A stretch of 64,000 nt of DNA. Origin: Eledone cirrhosa (taxonomy: Eukaryota). The DNA lies in contig OZ024741.1 of NCBI GenBank assembly GCA_964016885.1, positions 93,930,001 to 93,994,000 of the forward strand, given 5' to 3'. The notes beneath the pieces are model-generated. The model did not search any database, was not told the DNA's origin, and saw nothing but the letters and a program-made list of their open reading frames with translations. The stretch's first letter is position 1; each line of letters opens with the position of its first letter. Made by a program: the position numbers and the translations under genes. Below are positions 31,521-46,039 of the stretch, piece after piece.

Positions 31521-33559
31521 AATCGATGCGATATAATCATTCCAACTCAACTCAGTGGAAAATGTGAGACCAAAAAAGCGAGAAGAGTTGCTCTCTTGAT
31601 CAGTCATGCTAATGGAAGGCAAAAGTGGTTCTCTATGGTTATGCTGTTTTTAGCATGAATCAAATCGAATATATTTGTTTGTGTTGTGAACATTTAAATA
31701 CAACCACGCTATCTCTCTATATATTATATTTTAGATGAAAATATTAGTAGTATTACATATTTATAAAGCTTATTGAAATTAATATGGTAAATTATTCTCT
31801 AAATAACATTCATGAGAAAATTTGACTCATTACTACTGTGAAAATTTGTATCTACAACTAAAAGCTGTTTTTATTTTTCTAATTCCTGAATATTCCAAAT
31901 TTTCAAGGTTACTAAAAAAAAAAAACGTTTGACTAGAGTTACATAAATAATTCTCCAAACCATTTTCAGTGTAAAATTTTATATAGTCCGGGCATAATAA
32001 CTCATGTTTGTGCATGAATTCACAATGACTTATTAGTTCATCATAGAAATTACCAACATTCTCCTGCATATGGGGATAATTTGTACCCAACTATGCAGCT
32101 AGGCGTATTAGGCAAATACTTTTATTCCTAGATTTAGTAGATATTTTTACTTAGAAGTTTCGCTAACATCTCTTTTCATATTTACTTATATTTTCGTTGT
32201 GATAAAAAAGAGAATTTATTGTAAGATATCAACAATTGTACAGGCCCAATGCCAGGTAAACTGCTAGAGACAGTCGTGATATGTTCAAAGTCTTTTTTAA
32301 ATTGGTATTAATATTAAAGTCAGTCGCTACACAATTTGTTGATTGGAGAACAGTTTGTGTAAATTAGAAACTCAGCTTCAAAAGTTTTATATATTTCGAT
32401 AGACTTGCTAATAACATGGTCCTCCATTCGGCGTATATTCGTGAAACTCAACATTCTATTATTAATATTTAAATATTTAGTTCCCTATTAAAATGTTACA
32501 ATGACCACAAATATAAAAGTAAAACTATAGTCTGGGTATAAAGTTTGTACAATTTCTCATGAAACTTTCTTTTGCGTTCATTTTAGATTACATATTTGTG
32601 TTTCTTAGTCAATTGAATCCCGCAACAATGAGTATTGTAATTATGTTCTTTTGTGCTGGCATTTTAGAAATGTGGTGCATATATTTACATTTCACCAGTA
32701 TTCATTGTTCAGTGAAGGTGAATACATTTCACATTACGCTTTATATATCGATATCCTTGTTTAGCCTTCTTAAAATATGGGTTGTATATGTTTACACCAT
32801 AATATAAAGTGTATAGTGTCACAGCGTGTTGCAATCTAGCAAGATCTGGTATGTTCTGTTCCCAAATATAATGTATGTATAAACTCTCATTCGTACACGC
32901 GTCAGCGAATATATGAGGGTGTGAATATGTATGAGTAGGTGTGTGAACTTGTCCAACCACATGAATATTTCAAATCTCAAAATCAAGCTGCTGTTAACTT
33001 TCTCATACTAATTCTACGAATAGCCAATGATAAAGTAGAATATAACGATTGACCTAGTGAGTAACAAATTTTCTTCACAAGCGTTACACACACCGTCACT
33101 AATCTTGTGAAATCCTGATGATTAAACAGACGATTAAGAGAAAACATACATACATGCAAATATACAGCGAGATTAGTAAAGAGACAAATAGATAGATTAA
33201 AACTGAGGAACAAACAAAATATAAAAAAATATAATATTACAGAAAACGAAATAAATGAAACCAAGGAACACCTAAAACAACCGATACTTAGTAAAGCACC
33301 AAGAATTCGTATGTATGAAAAACATCAATAGTTCTTTGATAAAAACTGGCAGTCTCACTCCAACCCAAAACGACCCCACTAAGAAATTCGTAGAAAGAAA
33401 ACGTAAAAGAAGAGGAAGAGTTCTGTGGAGGAGAGTGGGCAACTAGGAAGTCATTACGCACAGGACTGGTTAGAACAACCAACACATCACCTGAACAACA
33501 ATGGGATGATTCACGGTAGAAAAAAAAGTCTAACACACTGAAAACAATAACAAAAAAAA

Positions 33560-34750
33560 GAAAGAAAACAACAACAAGCGGTTGGAAAGTACCAGGATAT
33601 AACAGGAAAATTCTAAACATACAGACCCATAACCTGCCACCCTACAACCTTAACTGCAATAATATCGCAATGAATGATCAAACAGCAGGAAAACACGTTT
33701 CCAGAAGAACAAAAATGGTGATTGTAAAGCCTTATATGGCTGTAAAGATCAGTTACTGATCAACAAAGCCATAATCGAAGACTGCAGAAAGGAAAAAGAG
33801 AACTTTAGCATAGAATAGATTGATTACCAAAAGGCTTTTGATAGTGTGTCATAAACCTGGACACTGGACACTAACCATGAATAAAAGAAATAGACCTGCA
33901 ATCTGGATTTAAAAAATATGCCAAGGCAAACCTAAAAGGGAAGAACACTAGTTAAAAACAACAATATCAAGTTAGATAAAGAAAAAGCGATAAGATGATT
34001 AAATAATTAGATCAACTGAAGACATACAAACACATAGGAATCAGCGTACAACACAAATAATGAAAGAAAAGATCAGAAAGGTATACCAAAGACGCATTAG
34101 ACTATTACTTTAGATAGAAATGCAAAGATAATAGTCATCTATACTCTAGCGGTCCCGGTAATAAACTACAGTTTTAATATTTTTAACTGGACGCTAAAGG
34201 ATTAGACAGAAAAACGAAAAATAACGATTGCATTTAGAATACACCACCCAAAATCTGATGCAGAAAATTTATACTTACAACGAACACATAGGTGATCTGG
34301 GAATGATAAAACACACAGACACACACGCACACACGCACACACACACAAACACTCACACATACACACCACACACACACATACACACACACAGATACAATAC
34401 GGCTAAAATACGATGCATCGAAATGAAAGAGAAAATTAAGAAAGAATACTACAGAAGAGTTAGAGTAGTATTAAAAACTGAACTCAATCTTAGATACAAC
34501 ATACGTTGGCCACACTAGTTATATACTACAGCTTCAATATAATAACTGGAAGTTAACTGAATTGAAAAATTTAGACAGAAGAACTAGGAGATTACTGACA
34601 GCATACTGCAGCCCTGACTCCAAGGCAGATATAGACATAATATCCATATCCATCACACAAGGAAGATGTGGTTTGACACAAAAAGAAAACTATTATAAAA
34701 TAACAACATTTGGACCGGAAAATACTTAGAAGCAAATTGAAAAAGACTGA
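33560..34750 (+). pseudogene. Decayed R4/Dong-type RT
   Basis: GCKDQLLINKAIIEDC..IDYQKAFDSV (~33737-33850); MKEKIKKEYYRRVRVVLKTELN; TLAVPVINYSFNIFNW. Confidence 0.7.
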
Positions 34751-35571
34751 TAAATGTAAAGAAAAACATAGCAACCATACCAGTGCAGGACATTATCGAT
34801 TCAAAAGCATAACTCAAATAGATCAGATTTCACACACAAAACACATCCTATACAGTTGGCATCTAATAAAATAACATAATTCTTCTTCCACACATCATGC
34901 ATAACATAAGAAACTACAAAGTAAACCCCCATAACAAAGCAGCATTGAAGCAGTAGACTAACAGGAGACTATACTTCTCCAAATAAGAACACAATGCTGC
35001 ACACACTTTTTCTATACCATATTAATGGTCTCGTTAATTAGGTGCAATTCCACACACCTATAAAGGAATATGAGATTGTATGATTTCATGCTGTTTTCAT
35101 CATAAATGTATAAGTAAAAATGAATTTATTTCAGCCAACTTCAGATTTGGCTCACCACAAGCATATTTCTCATATTTTCTTAATACTGGTATATTTTAAA
35201 ATTAAAAATTAAGGTCTGATATTTTTAGGGAGAAGAAATGGGAAGCGAGTTGTGCATATCTTTATCAGGGACATTAGCAGTGCAAGTAACAGTAAAATGG
35301 CGTCAAGTACTTATTGAGAAATAGCATCGATTGGCATGACTAGTAGTTTGCTCAGCTTAGACATTCTTTCTCATTCTCTGTCGTTATAATAAATTACTTA
35401 TACTATGTGTATATGTCAGCTGATGCCCATATCAGTGTCGGGATAAAAATAAAGTATTACTGAAAAAATTTCCGAGAACAATTGTTCTCGGAAATGGTGA
35501 ACTAACTGTAGTGGAACTACCTGTACCAAACTGGTCCCATGGACTACGGATATTACCCACCAGTGTTCTAC

Positions 35572-35697
<126 letters not shown>

Positions 35698-35959
35698 GTG
35701 TATTATATAATTAAAAATTAAATGAATGAGAAAAACAGCGAAGAGGAAAAGATTGTTCCGTAGAGCAATATGGACAGGGAGAAGTAGATAGAACATAGAA
35801 TTAAAACAAAAAGAAAACAACAATAGCACATGGGAAGAGAGAATATTAGAAATACTACTAGAAAAACTGGAAAGCAGGGTTGTAACTGAAAACTTTAACG
35901 TGAATATTATTTATACGGCTCATATGCTTTTATCTTGGTCAACTATTGTTGAGCCACTT

Positions 35960-36290
35960 GTGAAGACGTGTGGCTTAGTGGGTAAAATGTTTGGTTTAAA
36001 ATTGCAAGTTCATGAGTTTGATACCAGGCAACGCGATGTACCTTTGAGCGCAACACTTTATTTACTCCAGTCCAATCAACTAGAAAAGACCCCCCCCCAC
36101 CAAAAGAAAAAAAGCGAGTTGCATCTGTATTTGAAAGTATCAGATACTACGTTACTCCAAATCATCCCGAGAACTACATTAAAAGCGCCCGTGTCTGTGT
36201 AATCCTCAGTCATTTGCATATAAATAACACGATCAGGCCGTTATTCGGACATCTAGAACGCTCGTCGTCGGATCAGACGAGCCTACCCCA
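35960..36290 (+). mobile_element. tRNA-derived SINE, second family
   Basis: A-box tggcttagtgg, B-box-like gagtttgatacc, cctttgagcgcaacactt core; related copy at 38070-38345. Confidence 0.55.
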
Positions 36291-37279
36291 CATTATCTAA
36301 AATAATATCTATATGAAATGCACACGGTCTCGCCTACATGCATACGCAACTACTCACGTTGACACATAGACACGCTCCAGCATATAGAAATACATATACA
36401 CCCACTCAGTGGTTACAGGTAAATTGTTACACACATAAATTCTACCATTTACACTTACGCTTTCAAAATATTTTATCCCCCCCCCCCCCTCATATCTTTC
36501 TTTAAACTTAACATTTACAATTATTTCTTTTCTATTTAACTCCTCAGTAGCGAACCAGCGAGGAAACTCCTACACGGCTATTTGATGTTCTAGGAATAGC
36601 AGCCAAATCACATTCGAAAAACAACTCGCCATTTAACGAAGCGAAAGATATACAGAATACACCTAGATCTCTCATAAAATAGCGTATCTGTAGATGTTGG
36701 TGATTATATATATAGCTGCAGGCTAAACAACTATATCAACAAACTTTCAGTCTATTTTCTCCCAGTACTTTTTCAATCACATAACATTCTGATATATTTT
36801 CATTCTTCCTCTTTCTCTCTCTTTCGGTGTCTCTTTATTTCTTTATCTTATACACGTTCTAATTTACACAACTCCACTAACATATTCATTTTACTGTTTG
36901 CCACTCACTCCATAAGTATTTTTAATTTTCTCTATATCCATTTGGTATTGTTGCGTTTTTTCTCGTATTAAATTGCATGCTTCGTCTTCTCCCGTCTATA
37001 TTGGTAAACAGACGTTTACCAATAACATCCCCACTAAGTGCCTACAGTAGAACAGGGGAAAGTAATCAATTAACAATAAATGTAGACAATGCAAAACAAA
37101 TACCGACGTTTTTAGCCACATTATTGCCAAATCTGAAATGCACTACGGAAGACGAAAATAATAACATGAAGGGATGAATATATTGAGACTGATGGCTCAA
37201 AGGAACATTGGTGGAACCCAAAATTAAAACAAAACAAAACAAAACAAAAACACCGAAGCAAAAAAACACACCCAATAAC

Positions 37280-37530
37280 AACAGAGCTGGCCTGATATCA
37301 GTGTTTGAGGACTACGGATTGAAAACATGCTCTGTTGTAGAAGCCAGCTGCTCACTCGATGTAAATGTACTAAGGAAAATACAAGAGGAGGATATCGACT
37401 ATTGATGAAGAGTTTGTAAATACAGTACTCAAAATACACGTCCAGTTTCATATCTATTATTATTGAAGCTACAGGATATATACCAGCCCGCCTACTTGGA
37501 CCAAAGTATGATTAAACTTAGATTCTTGGG
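37280..37530 (+). pseudogene. R4/Dong-type endonuclease remnant
   Basis: KTCSVVEASCSLDVNVLRKIQEE..FISIIIEATGYI resembles 30195-30462. Confidence 0.55.
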
Positions 37531-37731
37531 GAAAGAATGTAGCTCTTTAATTCGTAAGTTAAACATGGTTGTAATATCTGAAACCTTCAAAACCTGTTAA
37601 ACATTCTTAGGATTCTAAAGATGAACGATAGCACAAGTTTCCTTTTCTTTACAACTTTACCAATGGGAAGGTGGCCGGTCAAAATATACTCGAAACTAAG
37701 AGAAAAGGACAAGACATATATACAGACATTT

Positions 37732-37769
<38 letters not shown>

Positions 37770-38069
37770 ACATACATACATACATACGTACGTACGTACA
37801 TATACAAATACACTCACACACATGAATTTTTCAGACTAAGAAAGTGACCCGCTAACAATAAACTGTACCAATAGAATCAGTAAGAAAATAATAAAAACTA
37901 GAGATATGACCAACAACCATAGCTGGCACTTGTGCTGGCTTTGTTAGCTCATGAAACCATTGGTTGCAAACAAATGTCGTGTTTACAATAAATAAATATT
38001 AGTTCTGTTTGCATATAGAGCGTTTTCCACGTGTTGATATCCCCCTTTCACACACATATATACACATAT

Positions 38070-38345
38070 GTGAAGACGCGTGGCTTAGTGGTTCGGGTAT
38101 TCGGCAAACAATCGTAAGTTTGATTCTCGGTGGTGCGTTGTATCCTTTGAGCAAGATACTTTATTTCACATTTCTCCAGATCCTTCATCTGGCAATAATT
38201 AGTTATACCTGTAATTCAAAGAGCCTGTTTTATTTCTCACTGTGTCACACTGAATCTTCCCGAGAACTACGTAAAACACGCACTTGTCTATGGAATGCTC
38301 TGTCATCTGTCTGTTAATTTCGACCCTCAACAATGAGGATGGGAA
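38070..38345 (+). mobile_element. tRNA-derived SINE, second family
   Basis: gtgaagacgcgtggcttagtgg..cctttgagcaagatacttt. Confidence 0.55.
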
Positions 38346-38544
38346 GAGACCAGACCAGGCCATGTATATCTCTGCATATATATATATGAGAGGGATGAAC
38401 ACCGATACAAGTATACATGTGTTCGAATTGCAAATGACCAAGTTAGTTAGGTTGAAAAATACTAATTTAAAACAATATGGTTTGCCTGTCTCGATTTAAA
38501 GTAATAAATCAATAAAAATAACAAACCTATTTTGAGTTCTAACT

Positions 38545-38584
<40 letters not shown>

Positions 38585-38591
<7 letters not shown>

Positions 38592-39326
38592 TGAAGTCGT
38601 CTGTGTGTGTCCCCTAATTTTGGAAAGTCTATACAAATCCACATTTTACTACGATTGACTTCAAACTTGCATATTTATATTCCTTGTGGTCTAAAGATAG
38701 TAACTGCAGCTTTTATTTTTCAATTTTCTGTTGTTAAAGGCGTTTTTTTCACTAAAACTTTAAGCCCTTTTTGTCAGTTCGGCAATTTTGTCTACAATGT
38801 TCAAGAGAGACAACTCTTTAGTATTTTGAAAAGTTACCTCTCTTTATAGACTATATTATCCCTACTTAAACGTACATCCCTTGAAATTGTTGATGGTGAC
38901 CCCCAACAGTAACTCCGAAGCGTTCGGCATCCGATATAAAAGTTCGGTCTATATCAGATTGGGTAGATTTTTGTAACCTTAAAAGTATCCAACTAAATTC
39001 CTTCATGCTCTCCACCACTACAGTCCCACATGCTTACTGCTCTGTAACTCTCATTGTACCATAGCACAACAAATACATGTTCGGTTTGTCGAATGCCTTT
39101 TTACTTAACCGTATCGTCTTGGCTTTCGTGGGTTGAACATTTTACTCTCAGGCACCCCAATTAAGTTAAACCCCTGGTAATCTACGACAAATTTTTTTAT
39201 AAGCACAAAATGTAGAATCCATCCCCAGGCCGAGGTATTCCGTACTTCTCTGTACTGTTTCAGAAAAGAGGGATAAACATGCCAATCTATGTTTAGAAGC
39301 CCGAGCAACGCCGGGCCATTCTGCTA

Positions 39327-39328
<2 letters not shown>
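38585..39328 (+). mobile_element. Non-autonomous Helitron-like element
   Basis: Starts tataaaactga like 11735; ends cccgagcaacgccggg-ccattctgCTAG. Confidence 0.6.
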
Positions 39329-39400
<72 letters not shown>

Positions 39401-39500
39401 TAGCAGAATGGCCCGGCGTTGCTCGGGCTTCTAAACATAGATTGGCATGTTTATCCCTCTTTTCTGAAACAGTACAGATATATAATTTAATATAATTTTG

Positions 39501-39538
<38 letters not shown>

Positions 39539-40167
39539 CAAAATTATATTAAGGATGTCATGTCTGAGAATATCAGAATCATACGTCATAACACCTTTGG
39601 AATATGCTCAAAGATACCAAGTAGTAATCCGAGCATTTATATTAAATCAAAAGTAGGATGATATATATAAAATAAACGCATCAAACAATCACAGGAGATA
39701 ATTTGTAAAGAGTGTAAACACACAGAGTTACAGGGGTAACATATTTAAAATTAAACAAGCATTTATATAGATACCTTGCAATAATGATTAATCTCCTTTG
39801 TATACATCCCATTGAAGAAATATATTTCACCATTAATCGGTGAATCATAAATGTCAAATCTTGGATCATCGGCAAAGATTTAATATATATATATCTGAGT
39901 TTTTCGAATATCAATAATAATATTCGATTCGTTTGATGAAGGGTAATCACCGAGAAAAACATTAGTGTCTACCGTTCTGTTTATATGACAACACAAGAGC
40001 AAAAATGACGAGGCTGTTCTACTTACACGGCTTAAGAGGCTGTTTGCATAATTGCAAACGAATCGAATATTATTATTAGTATTCGAAAAACTCAAATTTA
40101 CATTTCTTGTATTCAGCCATATATATATATAAAACTATTTGTTATATATATATATTTGTTAATCTGA

Positions 40168-40269
<102 letters not shown>

Positions 40270-40474
40270 TGGTAAACGGAATAGAAAATGCTGACAAATT
40301 GTTCACAGTTGAAAAATGGTTTAATTAGGAATAAAAGAGTATTAGTGATTGTATGGGTTAGTATTCAGTTGTGGTTTTAAGTTTTTAAGTTTTTACCGGT
40401 TGCGCATTTCTAAATGCTTTTCAAAAATAATTTTGAGATAGAGTGTCCGTGTTGTTTGCTCTGATCTGATTAGT

Positions 40475-42748
40475 TTGGGGAATTCTACCTGTTTTTATGT
40501 TAAAAATCTTACTAGTGCAGAACCAACACCCAACCTTATCTACTTACTCTCCAAAGGTCTTAAATTCACACCGACCCCACTACGTCCTAACTACTATGAA
40601 ATGAAGGAAGACATCACAGACTTCTGTAGAAAGTTACGACTTAGTGAACAACTATTCGACCAGTACAATGAGGATGAATCATTAGCCAGAAATAGAAGCA
40701 ATTACACCCCTTCAAAAGGTAGAAATAAAATCCTGGACGAATTCTGTGAACACATCACAAACTTCCCTTACCAACACTTGCACAGACAAAAACACAAGCC
40801 AAACTTCAACAAGAAAGAATGGGAAGAATTAAATAGATTAAAAACCGACAGAACCATTACAATTAAAGAGGCTGATAAAGGGAGTACAGTAGTCCTAATG
40901 GAGACAGAATTCTATATTAACTTAGCGCTCTCCACTTTGGAAAACGAAACATACTACGAAAAGGCTGAACACTACAATCAACAGAAAATTATGAGAAACC
41001 TAAAAACTCTAATCAACCAATACAAAGAAGGACTCACTAACAAGGAATTCTGCTTCATCACAGACTTCACAAGTAAATCCAGCCTTTTCTACGGTATCCC
41101 TAAAGTACATAAAAGCGAATCAATCAGTAAGGCATGCAAGGAAGCCACAGACATAGTCATCAATGTCCCCTCACCCAATGATCTCAAATTAAGACCTATA
41201 ATAGCAGGCCCCGCTTGCGAAACGCACCGTCTTAGCAACTTCATTGATACCCTTCTCAAACTCTTCCTCAAGCACATCAAAAGCTATATAAGGGACGACC
41301 TAGATATGCTCAATCACCTCCCTAATATGCCACTTTCTGAACAAACCCTACTAGTGACGTTCGATGTAGTCAACCTATACTCCAACATCCCCCACAACCT
41401 AGGAATAGAAGCTATCCAATTCTGGCTGGATAATTTCCACAATGAACTCCCACAACGCATCAAAAAAGAATTCGTGATAGAGGGACTCAAATTTATCTTG
41501 GAGAACAATTACTTCGTTTTCAACAACAAACCCTACAGGCAGAAATCTGGGACCGCTATGGGAACGAAAACAGCCCCTACTTATGCCAACCTAGTCATGG
41601 GATACCTGGAAATCACCCTCTACACTAAAGTCCTAAACAAATTTGGAAACACCCTCCACTTACACATAGAAAGGAACTGGAAGCGATATCTAGATGACTG
41701 CTTCATCCTTTGGCACAAAAACATCGAAAAACTTAAAGAATTTCACACCCTTATAAATGGGCTCAACACAAACATTAACTTCACGATGGAATACAGCCAT
41801 CAACAACTCCCCTTCCTCGACATCCTCATTAAGATCCATAACAAAAAAATAGAAACAGACATATACTACAAGCCCACAGACTCCAAGCAATATCTCCCCT
41901 TCAACTCTTGCCACCCTAGACACGTTAACATTAATATTCCCTACAACTTAGCCAAGAGAATCTGTACTATAGTCTGCAATAAAAACATCTGCTACTTACG
42001 GCTACAAGAACTAAAGGACACACTCATAGGCAGGGACTACACTGCATCACTAATTGACAATGGAATCCAACGTGCCCTAAAACTCAGTACCCAGGACCTT
42101 AGACACCCTAAAGTAAATCAACCAAAACTAAAAGCTCTTCCATACATCTCCACACACAACCCCCTCAACAATGAGGCCTTTGACACCATCCTCCAGAACA
42201 TCCCTGTATTGAAAAAGGACCATAGAATGAACCAAATTCTACGAACACACGATATCATAAAGAGCAAAAGACAATCCAAGTCAATGAAAAACATCTTAAC
42301 ACATGCCAAAGTACTGCCAACCACAACAACGAAACCCACAGTAAAAAAATGCGATAGACCCAACTGTGGCATTTGCATCAACCTAATAGAGGGTTCGGAA
42401 TTCTATTTCAAAGATGGACAACGTTTTATAGTAAAACACAATTTCACATGTGCATCGGAAAATCTAATATATGTATTAACTTGTTCAGGTTGTCGAGAAC
42501 AATACATAGGCCAGACCAAAAACAGCCTCCGCCAACGCATGACTGTCCATAGATCCCAAATTAAAATACGGGAATACAGGAAAATACCACTGAGTGAACA
42601 CATTGATACCTGTGCCGCCCAAAATCATCCCAACTTCAGAATCTTTCCCCTCTACAAATTTAAAGATAATGCCACCCACACCCAGCGCATCAGCAAGGAA
42701 TCTTACTTCATTAACAAATACGGACCCCGTCTAAACACTTCTCCCTAA
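40475..42748 (+). CDS. PLE reverse transcriptase plus C-terminal GIY-YIG endonuclease (uninterrupted; true N-terminus probably missing)
   Basis: LSKGLKFTP, IKEADKG, FYGIPKVHK, LRPII, FDVVNLYSNIP, QKSGTAMG, RYLDD, FLD; linker CDRPNCGIC; NLIYVLTCSGCREQYIGQT..R..H..H. The first ~11 codons come from the inverted repeat. Confidence 0.93.
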   Translation: MGNSTCFYVKNLTSAEPTPNLIYLLSKGLKFTPTPLRPNYYEMKEDITDFCRKLRLSEQLFDQYNEDESLARNRSNYTPSKGRNKILDEFCEHITNFPYQHLHRQKHKPNFNKKEWEELNRLKTDRTITIKEADKGSTVVLMETEFYINLALSTLENETYYEKAEHYNQQKIMRNLKTLINQYKEGLTNKEFCFITDFTSKSSLFYGIPKVHKSESISKACKEATDIVINVPSPNDLKLRPIIAGPACETHRLSNFIDTLLKLFLKHIKSYIRDDLDMLNHLPNMPLSEQTLLVTFDVVNLYSNIPHNLGIEAIQFWLDNFHNELPQRIKKEFVIEGLKFILENNYFVFNNKPYRQKSGTAMGTKTAPTYANLVMGYLEITLYTKVLNKFGNTLHLHIERNWKRYLDDCFILWHKNIEKLKEFHTLINGLNTNINFTMEYSHQQLPFLDILIKIHNKKIETDIYYKPTDSKQYLPFNSCHPRHVNINIPYNLAKRICTIVCNKNICYLRLQELKDTLIGRDYTASLIDNGIQRALKLSTQDLRHPKVNQPKLKALPYISTHNPLNNEAFDTILQNIPVLKKDHRMNQILRTHDIIKSKRQSKSMKNILTHAKVLPTTTTKPTVKKCDRPNCGICINLIEGSEFYFKDGQRFIVKHNFTCASENLIYVLTCSGCREQYIGQTKNSLRQRMTVHRSQIKIREYRKIPLSEHIDTCAAQNHPNFRIFPLYKFKDNATHTQRISKESYFINKYGPRLNTSP

Positions 42749-43235
42749 GACGAATCCACAACATACACATGTCAACATATATACCTACATCAGCACACAT
42801 CTCTACCCACATATAAACACAATGACACACGTAAACACACATGCTCTATGGTGCAATACAAAGAAATATGTGTGCATATATATGTATGTATATATGTATA
42901 TATATATATATATGTAGTGGATATATGTATGTGTGTATATATATATAGTGAATATCATTTCACACCTTTTATTGTTAAGATTTTTGATGTTCTATTAAGA
43001 GAACCGATTTTACTGAAAAAATCGAATAATGTACACCATTTTACCAGGGGGAAAAAAATACTGGTCCACCCACACACACACACACACACACATATACACA
43101 AACACATACACACGCGTACATCAACATACAAAGAGACTTATACACACACACACACACACACGCACTTCTCCGTATAAGACAAAAGCTGAAAAATATCTTT
43201 TGACCTTCGAATGACTCTGCTATACACACACACAC

Positions 43236-43275
<40 letters not shown>

Positions 43276-43346
43276 ATCTTAATAGCCATTTGACACACAT
43301 CGCTGCTGGCCATTGTCGCAGCATCGAACACCTTACTACTACTACT

Positions 43347-43401
<55 letters not shown>

Positions 43402-43737
43402 TACACATACACACACACACACATATTCGTTGTGAAAGAGTCATTTCTCAATCTTGGCGCAAAACCAATTTTTTATCCACATGACCTCTACCGACCAATC
43501 AAAATTGTTTTGACCAAGAATTTTTGCTGGAGCCACTTTTTTAACATAAAAACAGTCTTGGCGCAAAATCAACTTTTTACATTCACATGACCTCTTCCGA
43601 CCAATCAAAATTGTTTTGACCACAAGCATTTTTGCAACACAAAAATAACGCTGGAGCCACTTTTTTAACATAAAAACAGGTAGAATTCCCAAAACTAATC
43701 AGATCAGAGCAAACAGCACGGACACTCTATCTCAAAA

Positions 43738-43780
43738 TTATTTTTGAAAAGCATTTAGAAATGCGCAACCGGTAAAAACT
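43738..43780 (+). ncRNA. Degenerate hammerhead-like motif in Neptune-like 3' UTR
   Basis: ttt-TTGAAAA-gcattt/aaatgc-GCAAC-CG-GTA-aaa; conserved in all copies of this family. Confidence 0.4.
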
Positions 43781-44361
43781 TAAAAACTTAAAACCACAAC
43801 TGAATACTAACCCATACAATCACTAATACTCTTTTATTCCTAATTAAACCATTTTTCAACTGTGAACAATTTGTCAGCATTTTCTATTCCGTTTACCAAT
43901 ATATAATAACTTGTGTGTTACACCTCTATTCTTTTAACTATATATATATATATATATATATATACATACATACGAGTATGACCATTGGACGATATACCAT
44001 TATTAATAATTATTAATTAATTCTATCGTGCAATACCTGTGCATGAAGATATTTTTTAAAGTGAGGAAAGACTGTGCACTGAGCCAATCCCACTCTCTGA
44101 GCGACAGTAGCTATAACCCGAAAAGAAGAAAATTTCAACATCATCGGTAGCTACTGAGCCGCAGGTTTTATATCGGAGTTATTCTAGTTTCCTGAGTTGC
44201 CTTCTCCTAGAAGAATGCCCTGACAAAGGCTAGGGGTCCTTCACTCCCAGTGGTTTAACCGCGCGGTACATGTGTATATACATATTTAGACACTTTCGGA
44301 TGGCCGTGGACTCTTATGAGTTCTTCCGCCCATTTGCCAGGTTTACATACATACATCATAC

Positions 44362-44430
<69 letters not shown>

Positions 44431-46039
44431 TATGATTTGAAAGTCGATCGACTGTCAATATATATATATGTCTGTTTGTCTGTCTGTATGTATGTATGTA
44501 TGTGTGTCAGGTCGCTCTCGTGTGCTACTGGAAACATGTAACCCAGTACAACCTGTCTCATGGTTGGGTCTCGGCGAATAAACCGGCAAACCCACCAAGC
44601 TTGCTTGGTGAGGAGGGTGATATTTGGACACCCTGCAAAGGGCGGAGGAACTCAGGTGAGTCAACGGCCATCCAAATAGTACTTTTTTTTCCATCTGGGC
44701 GTGAAAGCCCCCCAGTTGTTGTCACAACACCTTTCTAGGAAACTTTGAAAAAAAAACCTGCGGCTTCGGAAGCATCCGATGATGTTGACCAGTTCTCCTT
44801 TTCGGGTAGTGTTTTCGATGCTCAGAGAGTGGGATGGGTCGAGTACAAGGCCACTTAAAAAACCCTCAAAGCACAGGCATTGCTTGTTCAGGATATGTTC
44901 CAGGTTCGTGTGGTTGGCCGTAGTCTAAAAGTGCACTAAACTCTATAATCTGACAAGCGATTGCAATACTCTTAGCATAGGTTGCCGCCATCATGTATGT
45001 ATGCATGGGGACATAGAGATACTCGGTTTGGCACCCAAGCACGCGGTTAACCCACCGAGAGTGAGAAACTCCCTAGTTCTTGTTAGGGTATCATTCTAGG
45101 AAAACTGATGTAAAACTTGCGACTCTGTGACAGCCAATGTAATTGACATGTGCTTTGTTTTGGATACCTGCCACCGTTGATCAGAAGGTGGGATTGGTCC
45201 CGTGCAAAGCCTTTCTTCCGTTTTAAAAGCTTCAAGCATAGTCATCACTTGATCTAAACGACTTTCGCGTTCTGTTGCGTGTTACCAATTATTTATTTAT
45301 TTATTTTTTTTCTTATATAGGCACAAAGCCAATGATTTTGGGGGAGGGGAAAGTCGATTAAATCGACCCCCAGTGCGTGACTGGTACTTTATTTTATCGA
45401 CCCCGTGAGGATGAAAGGCAAAGTTAAATAGAGACATACTTGCATTACGGAGCCTTGCATATGTATTACATATGGATTACTTAATCCGCCATCTAAAAAC
45501 CGCGTGTCATGCATTATGACATAGTGTCATGACGTAACCATTTCACAACAAAAATACGTTGCATGGATATTGCGTAATTAAAGAAGTTATGAAGTCTAGA
45601 CTTCGTGTTGTATTATCGATGTATTTAACTCCGTCCTGCGCTACCTATACGATACCATATGAATATTGGTAGAATACACATGACGTCGAGTGCCCTACCC
45701 TTAATACACCATGATTTTTCTTGATTGGAGTCACCAACCAAAGCTCCGACTACCAATTAGGAAACACGTTCTAACATATGTTTATATATATATATATAAA
45801 TATATTATTAGTTTTGTCCAATGGTGTTGTTTTGAATACTACTTCCTTTTACAGTCAGCATATATAATGTTTCACCCATAGATGAATCATTAGGTATGTT
45901 GTCAGTGAAAAGGGCGTGACCCCAAAATACATTTAGATTTTTTTTTTCTTCTTTTTTTTTTTGCACAATCAACAACTCTGAAATTCAAAACAAACCCCGA
46001 GCGCTAATTTGAAAACCATATATAAAATAGCAGGAGGGA

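Noticed and set aside
31700-33130. Possible hAT transposase remnant or host exons
   Set aside because: Only vague similarity (YSGIRKIKT); no diagnostic motif or clear splice sites.
44040-45110. Diverged inverted homology (44075-44265 versus 44757-45105)
   Set aside because: Best explained as two old copies of a dispersed repeat in opposite orientation; no specific structure supported.
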